Source: an uncultured cyanobacterium (lineage in GTDB: Bacteria; Cyanobacteriota; Cyanobacteriia; Cyanobacteriales; Nostocaceae). Taken from it: a DNA stretch of 64,000 bases. The notes under the pieces are model-generated. The model saw only the letters and a list, made by a program, of their open reading frames with translations, ran no database searches and was not told where the DNA came from. Position 1 is the first letter of the stretch; each line of letters starts with the position of its first letter. Where the stretch lies: the NCBI GenBank assembly GCA_963706595.1, contig OY970166.1:2048001-2112000 (forward strand). Reading direction: 5' to 3'. Of the stretch, positions 18,323 to 27,641 are shown piece by piece. The position numbers were made by a program, and so were the translations under genes.

Positions 18323-19561
18323 TTAGTTCTCCTGTGTTGGATCTGTGATCTCAGGAATGGGCAATGCTTCCATACTCAAATTTTCGCACTTGAAGGTTAC
18401 AGGTTCTGATTTGGTAGGCGCTGGTCTTTCTGACGCTGGTTGCGGCGTTTTTTGTATCCATGTCATCCCACCTGGAATTGGTTTACGAGCCGGTTGCAAA
18501 CCTTGCAGCACCCCAGTCCACTGAATTCCTTCTAAGGAAACAAATTTAGACTCCCGGAGCTTATGCCAAACAGAACGAGACATCACTAGGGTATGTTCTA
18601 TGCGTTCTGCCCCAATGCGCTCTAAGTACTCTTCTCGTTCAGCTTGGTAGTCTGAGGATGCCAGTTGTAAACCTTGCTGAGGGAAATCTTGGACAATGCG
18701 CGCTAGTTGAGAAAGCAACTCTGGGTACAGCCACGTATAAGCGGGGTGAACTGTCAGCGTGGCGACGTGAGGAGTTTTACCTTTGCGGTCAAGTTGAACT
18801 TGGAAATAGCCGATGGCGGCTTTGCGTTGGGGTTCAAACACGTAGCCACTCACTACTTCAGTTTTAGTGAGCCACTGCTTGACAGCATCAGTTAAAGCAC
18901 CAAACAAGCTGGTTTTAAAGTCGCGAGTATTGCGGTCAAAAACCTGACGCACCAAAGGCGGCATTGATGCTGTATCTAACTGATAGAGTAACTGAGCATC
19001 AGCATTACTGACAGGTAGAAGGTTGGGCAAATCAGGCTCTGCTTGCGCCAATTCCACGAGTAATTCGGGTTTAATTTCCCAATAGGTCATTTCTGCTAGA
19101 CGCTGAAACCCATTTTGGCGATATAGTGCCAGTGCGTCTTTATCATTCACATTCACTTCTAATAGCCAAGTGCGAGCTTCCAAAATCGATTCAAAGCAAT
19201 GGCGCAAAAGTTGCGAGCCGACTCCTTGCTTCTCCATCGATGGAGCCAGCATCACCCGATCAATCCGCCATGTACTGCGTGTGCGGTTGAAAGGTGACAC
19301 TTGAATCATCCCTAAAAGCGATCGCCCTTGCTCTGCTACGTAGGCACAGAAGCGATATTTTAGGGGATTAGGAAACCAACTCAAAAATTTGAGGCATCCA
19401 TACCAACGGCGTAACCATTGCATCTGGCTGATGGCCAGTTGCGCCTCTTTGGGAGTGAGGGTTGCGAATGAATCTTGGGTTATTTGTTCAATTCCGTCCA
19501 GATCCCGGTATTGGGCTGGCCGGATGACAACGCTGAGGTTTCGAGGAAGTAATGAAGTCAT
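18323..19561 (-). CDS. GNAT family N-acetyltransferase (tandem GNAT)
   Basis: KQGVGSQLL and NDKDALALYRQNGF acetyl-CoA motifs. Confidence 0.85.
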   Translation of the reverse strand: MTSLLPRNLSVVIRPAQYRDLDGIEQITQDSFATLTPKEAQLAISQMQWLRRWYGCLKFLSWFPNPLKYRFCAYVAEQGRSLLGMIQVSPFNRTRSTWRIDRVMLAPSMEKQGVGSQLLRHCFESILEARTWLLEVNVNDKDALALYRQNGFQRLAEMTYWEIKPELLVELAQAEPDLPNLLPVSNADAQLLYQLDTASMPPLVRQVFDRNTRDFKTSLFGALTDAVKQWLTKTEVVSGYVFEPQRKAAIGYFQVQLDRKGKTPHVATLTVHPAYTWLYPELLSQLARIVQDFPQQGLQLASSDYQAEREEYLERIGAERIEHTLVMSRSVWHKLRESKFVSLEGIQWTGVLQGLQPARKPIPGGMTWIQKTPQPASERPAPTKSEPVTFKCENLSMEALPIPEITDPTQEN

Positions 19562-19799
19562 TTTAATTCTAGCTTGCCATTTAGCCTTAACTTACTGGGT
19601 CAGAGGAACTGTTGCAATAATCAATTTTAACGGCTTTGTGCTTCTAGTTCTTGCTCCCAAAGGGTGATTTTTGTAACTAGATACTAAAATATGATCATAA
19701 ACAAACTAAAATAAAGCAGGACTGATGGGAACAACTTTGGTGTTGCCCCAACAATACCTGCTTCTATTTTATGAGAATTTTGAGAAAAATTTTGCTGTT

Positions 19800-20012
19800 T
19801 TACAGTCCTTGTCGAGAAATTAGCTTTTCAAAATTGGCTTGGGTTTGGTGAAGCAGTTGCTCTCGGCTATCTGCAACTGAAAATGTCTGCTTCAGGGTGG
19901 GAACCAGATTGCGGGCTTGTAGAGTCATGTGAAGTTGCAAATGGGCAACATATTCGCTGAAGTCTTCATTTGTTACAGATGCGCCCGTTGAAATATTTGA
20001 TTCCATTGCCAC
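19800..20012 (-). CDS. Small conserved hypothetical protein
   Basis: AGGAG RBS before the GTG start; YVAHLQLHMTLQARNL resembles a cyanobacterial conserved motif. Confidence 0.6.
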   Translation of the reverse strand: MAMESNISTGASVTNEDFSEYVAHLQLHMTLQARNLVPTLKQTFSVADSREQLLHQTQANFEKLISRQGL

Positions 20013-20336
20013 TGGGTTCTCCTTTCTTAGTTCTCGTCTTTGTCTTCACATCATCAGAACTTATCATGTTGTTTGGCTTTGCTTGGTGGATTCGCAATGA
20101 AGTTTAATGTTTTGCTACATTTTCTGATGTAACTGCTCTTGTGGTGTTGGTTCGGGAGAGATTTTTTTTGCCCGCACCGCCAAGAACGCCAAGGGAAGAA
20201 GTGATTCAGGACGGCTATGTTCAGCTTTTTTGCCGCTTTGGTGTAGTGGAGCCGTTAAATGAATTAAGGGAAATTACGGTTGTTTTTTGGTAATTTGTGA
20301 AATTCTACGCTTAATCTAAGATAGCGACTGGTGATT

Positions 20337-20954
20337 ATGTTTCAGAAATTCAAACAAATTCAAATGCTTCTGACTTATCAGGATTCAGAGAATTTAGGTG
20401 ATTTTGCTATTCTCAAGTCTGAGTTATTCGGTGCTAAAGTTTCGCCAGAAGTAGCTTCTAAATTACAAGAAGTACAAGGATATCATCCCTCTATTGATTT
20501 GGCAAAATTAAGCGAATATCCTCCAGGTTCTTTGGGACGAGAATATGCAGAACATTTACAAGCCAATCATCTACAACCCTTCAACATCAGTCCTGAGTTA
20601 GAGGAAGTTGCTAGACGTAACGTCTTTGCTTTGCGATATGCGGTTACTCACGATATTTTTCATGTTTTACTTGGTTTTGATACTAGCTATGCTGGAGAAA
20701 TTGGAGTTCTGGCTTTTGCAGTGGAGCAAAACTATAGTAAATCACTAAAAATTGGTTTATGGATAGCTCAATTACTTTATCCCATTCTTGCCCCTCAACA
20801 AATTAAAACAATTTTCAAGAATTTGCACAAAGCCAGAGAATTGGCAAAAAATGCTGATTTCCTCTTAGGATTTCGGTTTGAAGAACATTGGTTAGACTCA
20901 ATTGCTGACGTGAGAAAACGCTTATGTTTACCGCCAATAGCAACGTCTGCATGA
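20337..20954 (+). CDS. Coq4 family protein
   Basis: PPGSLGREY and HDIFHVLLGFDTSYAGE (HDxxH..E) motifs. Confidence 0.85.
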   Translation: MFQKFKQIQMLLTYQDSENLGDFAILKSELFGAKVSPEVASKLQEVQGYHPSIDLAKLSEYPPGSLGREYAEHLQANHLQPFNISPELEEVARRNVFALRYAVTHDIFHVLLGFDTSYAGEIGVLAFAVEQNYSKSLKIGLWIAQLLYPILAPQQIKTIFKNLHKARELAKNADFLLGFRFEEHWLDSIADVRKRLCLPPIATSA

Positions 20955-21094
20955 TTTCAAAAGATACAACAGTTTGTAATTGAGTATATAGATGAAAAAC
21001 AGGGGAGTTAATTTCCCAACCCCATCACCCCAATAATAATTTTTCTCCCTATTTCCTAATTACGAATTACAAATTACGAATTAAAAATTACTTC

Positions 21095-21673
21095 TTACCA
21101 TTTTTCAGTCCAATAGACAATTTCTGAGGCTGAACTATCAATGGCTACACCATAGCTATCGCCGTGATTCCATTTGAAGCTGGGTGTACCTTTGTTTTTG
21201 GCATCTAATACTAATATTTCATAAGTGGCGGGAAAGGATTCTATCGAAGCATCACTAGTGTAAAAGAATGTTGTCGGCACACCATTGGGTAGATTAACAT
21301 GATGGTTTGTACTACCACCTTGATACTGATATTTAGCAATATTTTTATATTGTAAAAGTAGCTGTTGGATTTTTTCTGGTGACTGTTTTAGCCTAACTTG
21401 AAAAAAACTTTCTTCTGATGCAAGTCCACGATAATAGGCAATGCGGACGTTTTTAGCTTCATTAGGCAGCGCATGAGGAAAATGTTTAATGTAGTTGTTA
21501 TTAGACAATAATTGCTGACGAATTTCTTGATAGCGAGATGTATCAGTGATGACTTTAATTTTGCTGCTACTGCTAACAGCCCTTTTCAGCAAAAAACTGC
21601 CCCCAACAATGCTAATACTACTTAGGGAAAGTAACACTATCATGGCTATGTTGACAAGATGCGATCGCTTCAT
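21095..21673 (-). CDS. Hypothetical exported protein
   Basis: 192-aa ORF with an N-terminal hydrophobic segment. Confidence 0.65.
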   Translation of the reverse strand: MKRSHLVNIAMIVLLSLSSISIVGGSFLLKRAVSSSSKIKVITDTSRYQEIRQQLLSNNNYIKHFPHALPNEAKNVRIAYYRGLASEESFFQVRLKQSPEKIQQLLLQYKNIAKYQYQGGSTNHHVNLPNGVPTTFFYTSDASIESFPATYEILVLDAKNKGTPSFKWNHGDSYGVAIDSSASEIVYWTEKW

Positions 21674-22026
21674 TGAATTGGGTACATCTAAATTTCATAG
21701 TTATCTCCCCAACTACTAAGCACTCCTAACAGAGATATTGAGTAAAACTTTGCTTAATCCGCGCAAACAACGCGGCAATTGTAAAATTATTGTAAAGGCA
21801 TGGAATATTAGCAAAATAACTTCCCCAGTTCTGTTTGGCTACACTCACGGCTAGCCCAGTCCGGGGAAAATATCTAAAAACTAGATAATAATTGAGTAAT
21901 AAATATCAACCCCTGTACTAGTTTTCAAAGTATGATTTTTAGTAGATCAACGACTTTTAAATCGACCTGACGATCTGGCTGAGTGGGCTAGGTCGCTTTT
22001 TATGAGATTTTGCTTTGTTGGCGCTA

Positions 22027-22914
22027 CTAGCCAAAAATAGATCCGGCAATCATTCCTGTCAGTAAAATAAAACCAATCCAAACATTTTGGCGGAAAATTT
22101 CACCATACACAGGGTTGGGTAAGTCTTTATTTCTTAAACGTAAACATTGCCAACTCCAGGCAATAGTAGCAATTGCTAGGCTAACCCAAAAGGCTATGTT
22201 CAGATTGATCAATATACCTAACCAAGCTAGTAAAATCACTGTACTCACAAAGAAAATACCAATAGCTACAGGGGCGTAATTACCAAAAAATAAAGCGCTG
22301 GAATTAACACCAATGCGTTGATCATCTTCGCGATCGCTCATAGCGTAAACTGTATCAAATCCCAATGTCCAGAGAATTGTCGCGCCCCACAATAGCCAAG
22401 CGGGTTGAGAAAGGTTCTGTGTGACTGCACTCCAGCTAATCAACACCGCAAAACCCCAAGCAATGGAAAGTACTAGCTGCGGTACGGGAAATACTCGCTT
22501 TGCACCTGGATAAAGTAAAATTACTGGTACAGCCTCCACAGATAACCAAAAACTTAAGGGGTTAAGATATAAAGCCAGTGCTGCTGCACAGACTAGGGAA
22601 ACAATAGCGACCACAATGCCAACTTTAATAGACAGGGCGCGAGAAGCTAGAGGGCGATCGCGTGTTCTCTCTACTTCCGGGTCAATGTCCCGATCCCACA
22701 AATCGTTAACTACACAACCAGCCGCACTTGTGGCTAGAGTACCTAAGACAATTACGCCTACTAAAGGTAAAGGTGGTTTTCCAGAGGCGGCTAAAAATAC
22801 AGCCCAAAGAGCCGGAATCATTAAAATTAACCGTCCCTCTGGTTTATGCCACCGCAAAAGCCGGATAATGGACAGCCATACAGGTTCCTGTTTGAGTTGC
22901 TGAGGATTTAGCAT
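22027..22914 (-). CDS. ubiA: 4-hydroxybenzoate solanesyltransferase (UbiA/PlqA)
   Basis: NDLWDRDIDPEVERTRDRPLA and DTVYAMSDREDD. Confidence 0.93.
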   Translation of the reverse strand: MLNPQQLKQEPVWLSIIRLLRWHKPEGRLILMIPALWAVFLAASGKPPLPLVGVIVLGTLATSAAGCVVNDLWDRDIDPEVERTRDRPLASRALSIKVGIVVAIVSLVCAAALALYLNPLSFWLSVEAVPVILLYPGAKRVFPVPQLVLSIAWGFAVLISWSAVTQNLSQPAWLLWGATILWTLGFDTVYAMSDREDDQRIGVNSSALFFGNYAPVAIGIFFVSTVILLAWLGILINLNIAFWVSLAIATIAWSWQCLRLRNKDLPNPVYGEIFRQNVWIGFILLTGMIAGSIFG

Positions 22915-22996
22915 AAAAATCAAGTAATAACTTTAGATAGATGAATTCAAACATCTTTATATCTATAGAATAACGTTATTTGATATTTGTAAAAGG

Positions 22997-23107
22997 ACGT
23001 TGCTGATTAGAAGTCTGAACAAGATTTTTGTTGATGTCAAAACCCCTGTAGAGACGTGACGTACCACATCTCTACACCTAAATTCCTACTTAATTTCAGC
23101 AACGCCT
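22997..23107. mobile_element. MITE-like element with internal GTAGAGA..TCTCTAC hairpin
   Basis: Ends GACGTTGCTGA...TCAGCAACGCC. Confidence 0.5.
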
Positions 23108-23353
23108 GTAAAAGTACCACCTTTAACTGGCATCGTCGGTTACAAAACTTCAAAAGTTGTCCTGATAGTTGTGCTACAGGATAGTATTATTACACATCAG
23201 TATTTTTTCAGTGATGCGCTGAATGTGTCGGTAGTAAGTAACTATTCTGAGATTACTCATCTTTGCACTAGTCAGACTAAAGAATATATTTATTGAGCAT
23301 CCACAAAAGTGCTAAACACCCCGATGTACCACCTTTTTATGAGAGAACACTAG

Positions 23354-25003
23354 ATGCTGAATTTAGTTTCAGCTAGCTGGGAAAGTGTTAGCACTCAACC
23401 AGTTAAGCAAAACCGGATTATTGCGGCCATTGACATGGGAACTAATTCCCTGCACATGGTAGTAGTCAAGATTGACCCGACGTTACCATCGTTTCGGATG
23501 ATCGCCAAAGAAAAAGAAACCGTCAGACTGGGTAATCGTGACATCGCCACTGGAGAACTGAAACCAGAAATCATTGACAAGGCGATTACCGCCCTCAGAC
23601 GCTTTCAAGAAGTTGCTAAAACAGCTAATGCAGAAACCATCATTGCTGTCGCCACTAGCGCTGTGCGAGAAGCCCCGAATGGCAGAGATTTTCTGCACAG
23701 AGTAGAATTGGAGTTAGGTTTAAGCGTTGACTTGATTTCAGGTCAAGAAGAAGCCCGACGCATCTACTTAGGTGTACTTTCGGGGATGGAATTTAATAAC
23801 CAACCCCATATCGTCATTGATATTGGCGGTGGTTCTACAGAGTTAATTTTGGGCGATAGTCAAGAAGCCCGCAGTCTCACCAGTACAAAAGTTGGTGCAG
23901 TGAGACTCACCAGCGAGTTTATTACTAACGACCCCATCAGTGATACTGAGTTTCAGTACCTAGAAGCCTACACACGCGGGATGCTGGAACGTTCTGTGGA
24001 AGATGTGCTAGGAAATATCCAGTTGGGGGAATCTCCCCGTTTGGTGGGAACCTCTGGTACGATTGAAACCCTGGCGATGATTCATGCACGGGAAAATTTA
24101 GATACTGTTCCTTCGACTCTCAATGGCTACGAGTTCAGCCTCAAGGACTTGCAGAATTGGGTCTATCGCTTGCGAAAAATGACTTATTCGGAGATTTCTC
24201 ATATCCCCGGTATGCCAGATAAGCGGTCAGAAGTGATCTTGGCTGGGGCTGTGATTTTACAGTCAGCCATGAGTTTGTTAGGTGTGGAATCTGTGACGGT
24301 GTGCGGGCGCGCCCTCCGGGAAGGCGTGATTGTGGATTGGATGTTAGCCCACGGGTTGATTGAAGATCGACTGCGCTATCAAGGTTCAGTGCGTGAACGC
24401 AGTGTGCTGAAACAGGCTGATAAGTATCATATCAATTTAGAACATAGCGATCGCGTGGCTTTATTTGCCTTGAGTTTATTTGACCAAACCCAAGGGAAAT
24501 TACATAACTGGGGAGTCAACGAACGACAAATGTTATGGGCGGCGGCGATATTACATAATTGTGGGCATTATATTAGCCATTCGTCTCACCACAAGCATTC
24601 CTATTATTTAGTTCGCAATAGTGAATTACTTGGCTATACCGAAACCGAGATTGAAATTATTGCTAATTTAGCCCGTTATCACCGTAAATCACAGCCCAAG
24701 AAAAAACACGAAAATTACCGAAACTTGCTGAGTAAACAGCATCGCCAATTGGTTAGTCAATTGAGTGCAGTGTTGAGATTGGCAGTGGCATTAGATCGGC
24801 GACAAATTGGTGCGATCGCCCGCGTAGAATGTGACTACAATCCTGATAGCCAGGAATTTAAAATGTTGATTTTCCCCTCTAAACCTGATGATGACTGTGC
24901 TTTAGAACTTTGGAGTTTAGATTATAAAAAACCAGTGTTTGAAGATGAATTTAAAGTCAAGTTGATGGCTAATTTAAAACAGACTCCTATCACTAGAATA
25001 TAG
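23354..25003 (+). CDS. ppx: Exopolyphosphatase Ppx/GppA
   Basis: AAIDMGTNS, ATSAVREA, DIGGGSTE, ALREG, C-terminal HD-like domain. Confidence 0.95.
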   Translation: MLNLVSASWESVSTQPVKQNRIIAAIDMGTNSLHMVVVKIDPTLPSFRMIAKEKETVRLGNRDIATGELKPEIIDKAITALRRFQEVAKTANAETIIAVATSAVREAPNGRDFLHRVELELGLSVDLISGQEEARRIYLGVLSGMEFNNQPHIVIDIGGGSTELILGDSQEARSLTSTKVGAVRLTSEFITNDPISDTEFQYLEAYTRGMLERSVEDVLGNIQLGESPRLVGTSGTIETLAMIHARENLDTVPSTLNGYEFSLKDLQNWVYRLRKMTYSEISHIPGMPDKRSEVILAGAVILQSAMSLLGVESVTVCGRALREGVIVDWMLAHGLIEDRLRYQGSVRERSVLKQADKYHINLEHSDRVALFALSLFDQTQGKLHNWGVNERQMLWAAAILHNCGHYISHSSHHKHSYYLVRNSELLGYTETEIEIIANLARYHRKSQPKKKHENYRNLLSKQHRQLVSQLSAVLRLAVALDRRQIGAIARVECDYNPDSQEFKMLIFPSKPDDDCALELWSLDYKKPVFEDEFKVKLMANLKQTPITRI

Positions 25004-25181
25004 TTTGAAAAAGAGGCAAGGGAGCAGGTAGCAGGGAGCAGGGGGGAAAGTCCAGATGGGGATTCGACCCCATCAGGACGAGAAGCACTTTGTAGAAGTG
25101 GGGGACTCAGACCCATTTTCCGCTCCGCTTCACGGCAGGAGGAAGGTGTTATTTCCCCCTGCCCCTGCCTCTTCGTTAAAC
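25003..25181. repeat. Dispersed palindromic repeat or MITE-like element
   Basis: AAGAGGCAAGGGAGCAGG...CCTGCCCCTGCCTCTT inverted ends. Confidence 0.45.
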
Positions 25182-25188
25182 AATAAGT

Positions 25189-25220
25189 GTAGGTGCGTTA
25201 CACTGTGTTACCGCACCTAC
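25189..25220. terminator. GTAG-type hairpin between convergent genes
   Basis: GTAGGTGCGTTACA...TGTTACCGCACCTAC. Confidence 0.5.
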
Positions 25221-25289
25221 CAAACCATCTAAAATTTGACAATTGATTGCCGCAACTGCGTTAAAAAAAACAATTTCTCTTATTTGCCA

Positions 25290-25772
25290 TCACGGCTGGT
25301 TTAGTCCCTCTAATTTAATTTCTGCTTCATTAATTTGCTTTTGGATTAACCTAAGTCTCGCCTCGGCTATTTGTTTTTGTACTTCTAATAGTTCAGTTTC
25401 TTTATTAATACGATTCATTCTAACTTTATGTGACGTAGTGCGTCCTGGTTGAAAAATTAATCCCATATAAACAGTGAGATTTTTAGCATCAAGAGTATTC
25501 AGTCCCACTGACATATTTAAACCAAAGTCATTCTCTGTATTCACTGGAGTATTGAGAGGATGATCTAGTGGATAGATGTTTGGGACATTAAACTCATTAA
25601 TATTCTCAGCATTATTTTGGTTGGGAGTTTGAAAAACATTATTAAAATTTCCATTGACGGTAGAATCGCTGTTAGTACTTTGTTGTGAAAAAGCAGGTTG
25701 ATTTACCAGTGTTTCGGCGATTAAGAGCTTTAAAATGGCAGTAGGCAATAAAATTGCTAATCTTCGTAACAT
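25290..25772 (-). CDS. Secreted protein: N/Q-rich curlin-like segment, amphipathic beta-hairpin and coiled coil
   Basis: Signal-like N-terminus ending PAFS|Q; STVNGNFNNVFQTPNQNN; FGLNMSVGL..LTVYMGLIF; heptad-rich C-terminus. Confidence 0.7.
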   Translation of the reverse strand: MLRRLAILLPTAILKLLIAETLVNQPAFSQQSTNSDSTVNGNFNNVFQTPNQNNAENINEFNVPNIYPLDHPLNTPVNTENDFGLNMSVGLNTLDAKNLTVYMGLIFQPGRTTSHKVRMNRINKETELLEVQKQIAEARLRLIQKQINEAEIKLEGLNQP

Positions 25773-25971
25773 GATTTGTTTACATTTACTAGTCTTACAG
25801 ATTTAACTTCAGCTATAACTTTTGTACTTGAATATCAGAGGATAGATCATCAAAATTGTTCTCCCGACCTATATTAAGGAAAGTAGATTGAATTTTTTGT
25901 AAATTAGATTACCGATATAAAAGTCCTAAATCATTTATGAACTTCTTCCCTGAATTTTACACCTTGCTACA

Positions 25972-26230
25972 TATAGGAATCTGATTTGATTATTGAAAAA
26001 ATCTAAGTATATGTAGTGGCGTGACAAGGCTAAAATGTTGCAATAGATTTTTGAGAAAATCGAGATAAATCAATGTTTTCTGCTTTTTACCTAATGCACT
26101 ATTTTAAGCTTGCCACGCTAGTAGGGTGTGTTATGGCTTTAGCCTAACGCACCGTCTTCTGTGGTCTTGGTGTCGTACTCTCCTCGATAACACACCCTAC
26201 TTGTGTTTCATAAATCAAAATCGAATACAT
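25972..26230. mobile_element. Nested elements: outer MITE containing a REP-like hairpin and an IS630 MITE
   Basis: TATAGGAATCTGATTTGATT...AATCAAAATCGAATAC degenerate inverted ends. Confidence 0.5.
26016..26121. mobile_element. IS630-derived MITE copy 6 (106 bp)
   Basis: Same unit as 2511-2616, inserted at the TA of TG-TA-GGGTGTGTTA. Confidence 0.9.
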
Positions 26231-26233
26231 TAT

Positions 26234-26671
26234 TTAGTCAACATAAATAATTAAGGTATTGGCGATATTACCATTACCTGTATTTTCCTGGGTAACTCGT
26301 GTATTGATTCCAATTAATTCCAGCTTAAATGCAGATGTAATTGGAGTATAACTACCCATAATATCTATAGTATTTTTACCTTTCTTTAAAACAGGAGAAA
26401 GATTAATCTGAGTGCTATTGTTTGTAAATTTAGCAATTATTATACCATTAAGTTTAATGTTTCCTGTTAACAGGTCAGTGTGTCGAGAACCCCTAATTTT
26501 CAGTAAATACTTTTCTTTAAATTCATCAATACTTAAATTAATAATTGTTGTTTGTGTCGTTTCTTTTAGTTGAGTTGGATTAGCAAAAGCCAAATATGGT
26601 ATTATAATAGACATACTCATTGCTAAAAAACCAGAATAGCAAATCGCAGTTAATATTTGCTGAAAATTCAT
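26234..26671 (-). CDS. Secreted hypothetical protein, probable beta-sandwich
   Basis: Signal peptide ending LAFA; INLSPVLKKGKNTIDI jelly-roll-like motif; C-terminal TQENTGNGN. Confidence 0.7.
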   Translation of the reverse strand: MNFQQILTAICYSGFLAMSMSIIIPYLAFANPTQLKETTQTTIINLSIDEFKEKYLLKIRGSRHTDLLTGNIKLNGIIIAKFTNNSTQINLSPVLKKGKNTIDIMGSYTPITSAFKLELIGINTRVTQENTGNGNIANTLIIYVD

Positions 26672-26787
26672 ATTTATTTCCAACGATTGTTTTTTATATT
26701 ATATGAGCTAAAAAATAAATGAATTTGTAGGGGTTTAACAGTGGTATGGTAAACCCTTACTAAATAAAAGATTGAATGTACTAATTT

Positions 26788-27162
26788 TTAGGGGTGAAAA
26801 TTTTTTGGTGTTTTGACATTAACGGGAACAACTATGCTACTTTTAACAGTTGGTCCACTCATACCAGTGCTATTACGCCCATTATTTCTAATTTCGTGAC
26901 GAACCTCTTGATGCTGTCTCACACGCCCATTATTACTAGTATTTACTTGTACTGCTGTAGAAGAACTGGTATTTCCTGTACAGGATTTTGGACTGTGCAT
27001 TTCCACATTAGACGTTTGTGTGGCTGGTGTGTTAGACATATTAAGCTGAACGCCAACATGGGACATAACACACTGTGCTACTGCGGGTTTAGTAGCAAAA
27101 GTAGCCACGGTTAAACACATACCAAAAGATAAAAAACCAAGATATAAATCTTTACGTTTCAT
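26788..27162 (-). CDS. Secreted hypothetical protein, N/S/T/Q-rich with predicted beta-strands
   Basis: Signal peptide ending PAVA|Q; two Cys in the mature part; GGTG RBS. Confidence 0.7.
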   Translation of the reverse strand: MKRKDLYLGFLSFGMCLTVATFATKPAVAQCVMSHVGVQLNMSNTPATQTSNVEMHSPKSCTGNTSSSTAVQVNTSNNGRVRQHQEVRHEIRNNGRNSTGMSGPTVKSSIVVPVNVKTPKNFHP

Positions 27163-27185
27163 CTAAATCACCCCATATTTGGACG

Positions 27186-27530
27186 TTAATAACAAGATAC
27201 GGAAACCGTACTACTTTGAGTGCTGTGTCTATTATTTCTGCTAACTTGTGTTGTTTCTTGTTTAACAACACTACCTGATTTTTTACAGGAATTTCTCCAA
27301 AAAATATTGAAATGATCAAGGGGACGATTTCTATTTATATAGCTGCTTCTGGAAGGAACAGTTAGCTTTGTATTTCCAGTGTCTATATAAAAATTTCCGT
27401 GGGAATCTTGATTGATTCTCACACGCCCTGCTTGCATATCTATTTCACTTGCTTGGGTAACAACAGGTAGAAATAAGGTGAAGAAAATTAGAAGGGAGAA
27501 AAATTTGTACATAAGCATGGGAAATCCCAA
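27186..27530 (-). CDS. Secreted hypothetical protein
   Basis: Signal peptide ending TQA|S; C-terminal S/T/Q-rich segment bracketed by two Cys. Confidence 0.65.
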   Translation of the reverse strand: MGFPMLMYKFFSLLIFFTLFLPVVTQASEIDMQAGRVRINQDSHGNFYIDTGNTKLTVPSRSSYINRNRPLDHFNIFWRNSCKKSGSVVKQETTQVSRNNRHSTQSSTVSVSCY

Positions 27531-27536
27531 GTTAAA

Positions 27537-27580
27537 GAAAAAGTTTAGGGTAAAGTTATGTTGTGTCAGCTTTACCCTAA
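27537..27580 (-). terminator. Intrinsic terminator after the first gene of the secreted-protein cluster
   Basis: 11-bp stem TTAGGGTAAAG/CTTTACCCTAA followed by ACTTTTTCTTT on the minus strand. Confidence 0.7.
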
Positions 27581-27641
27581 TAATTTAGCACCCGAAACTC
27601 AATCTAAGTCAAGGAAAACTGCCAATTATTCTGAATGATGA

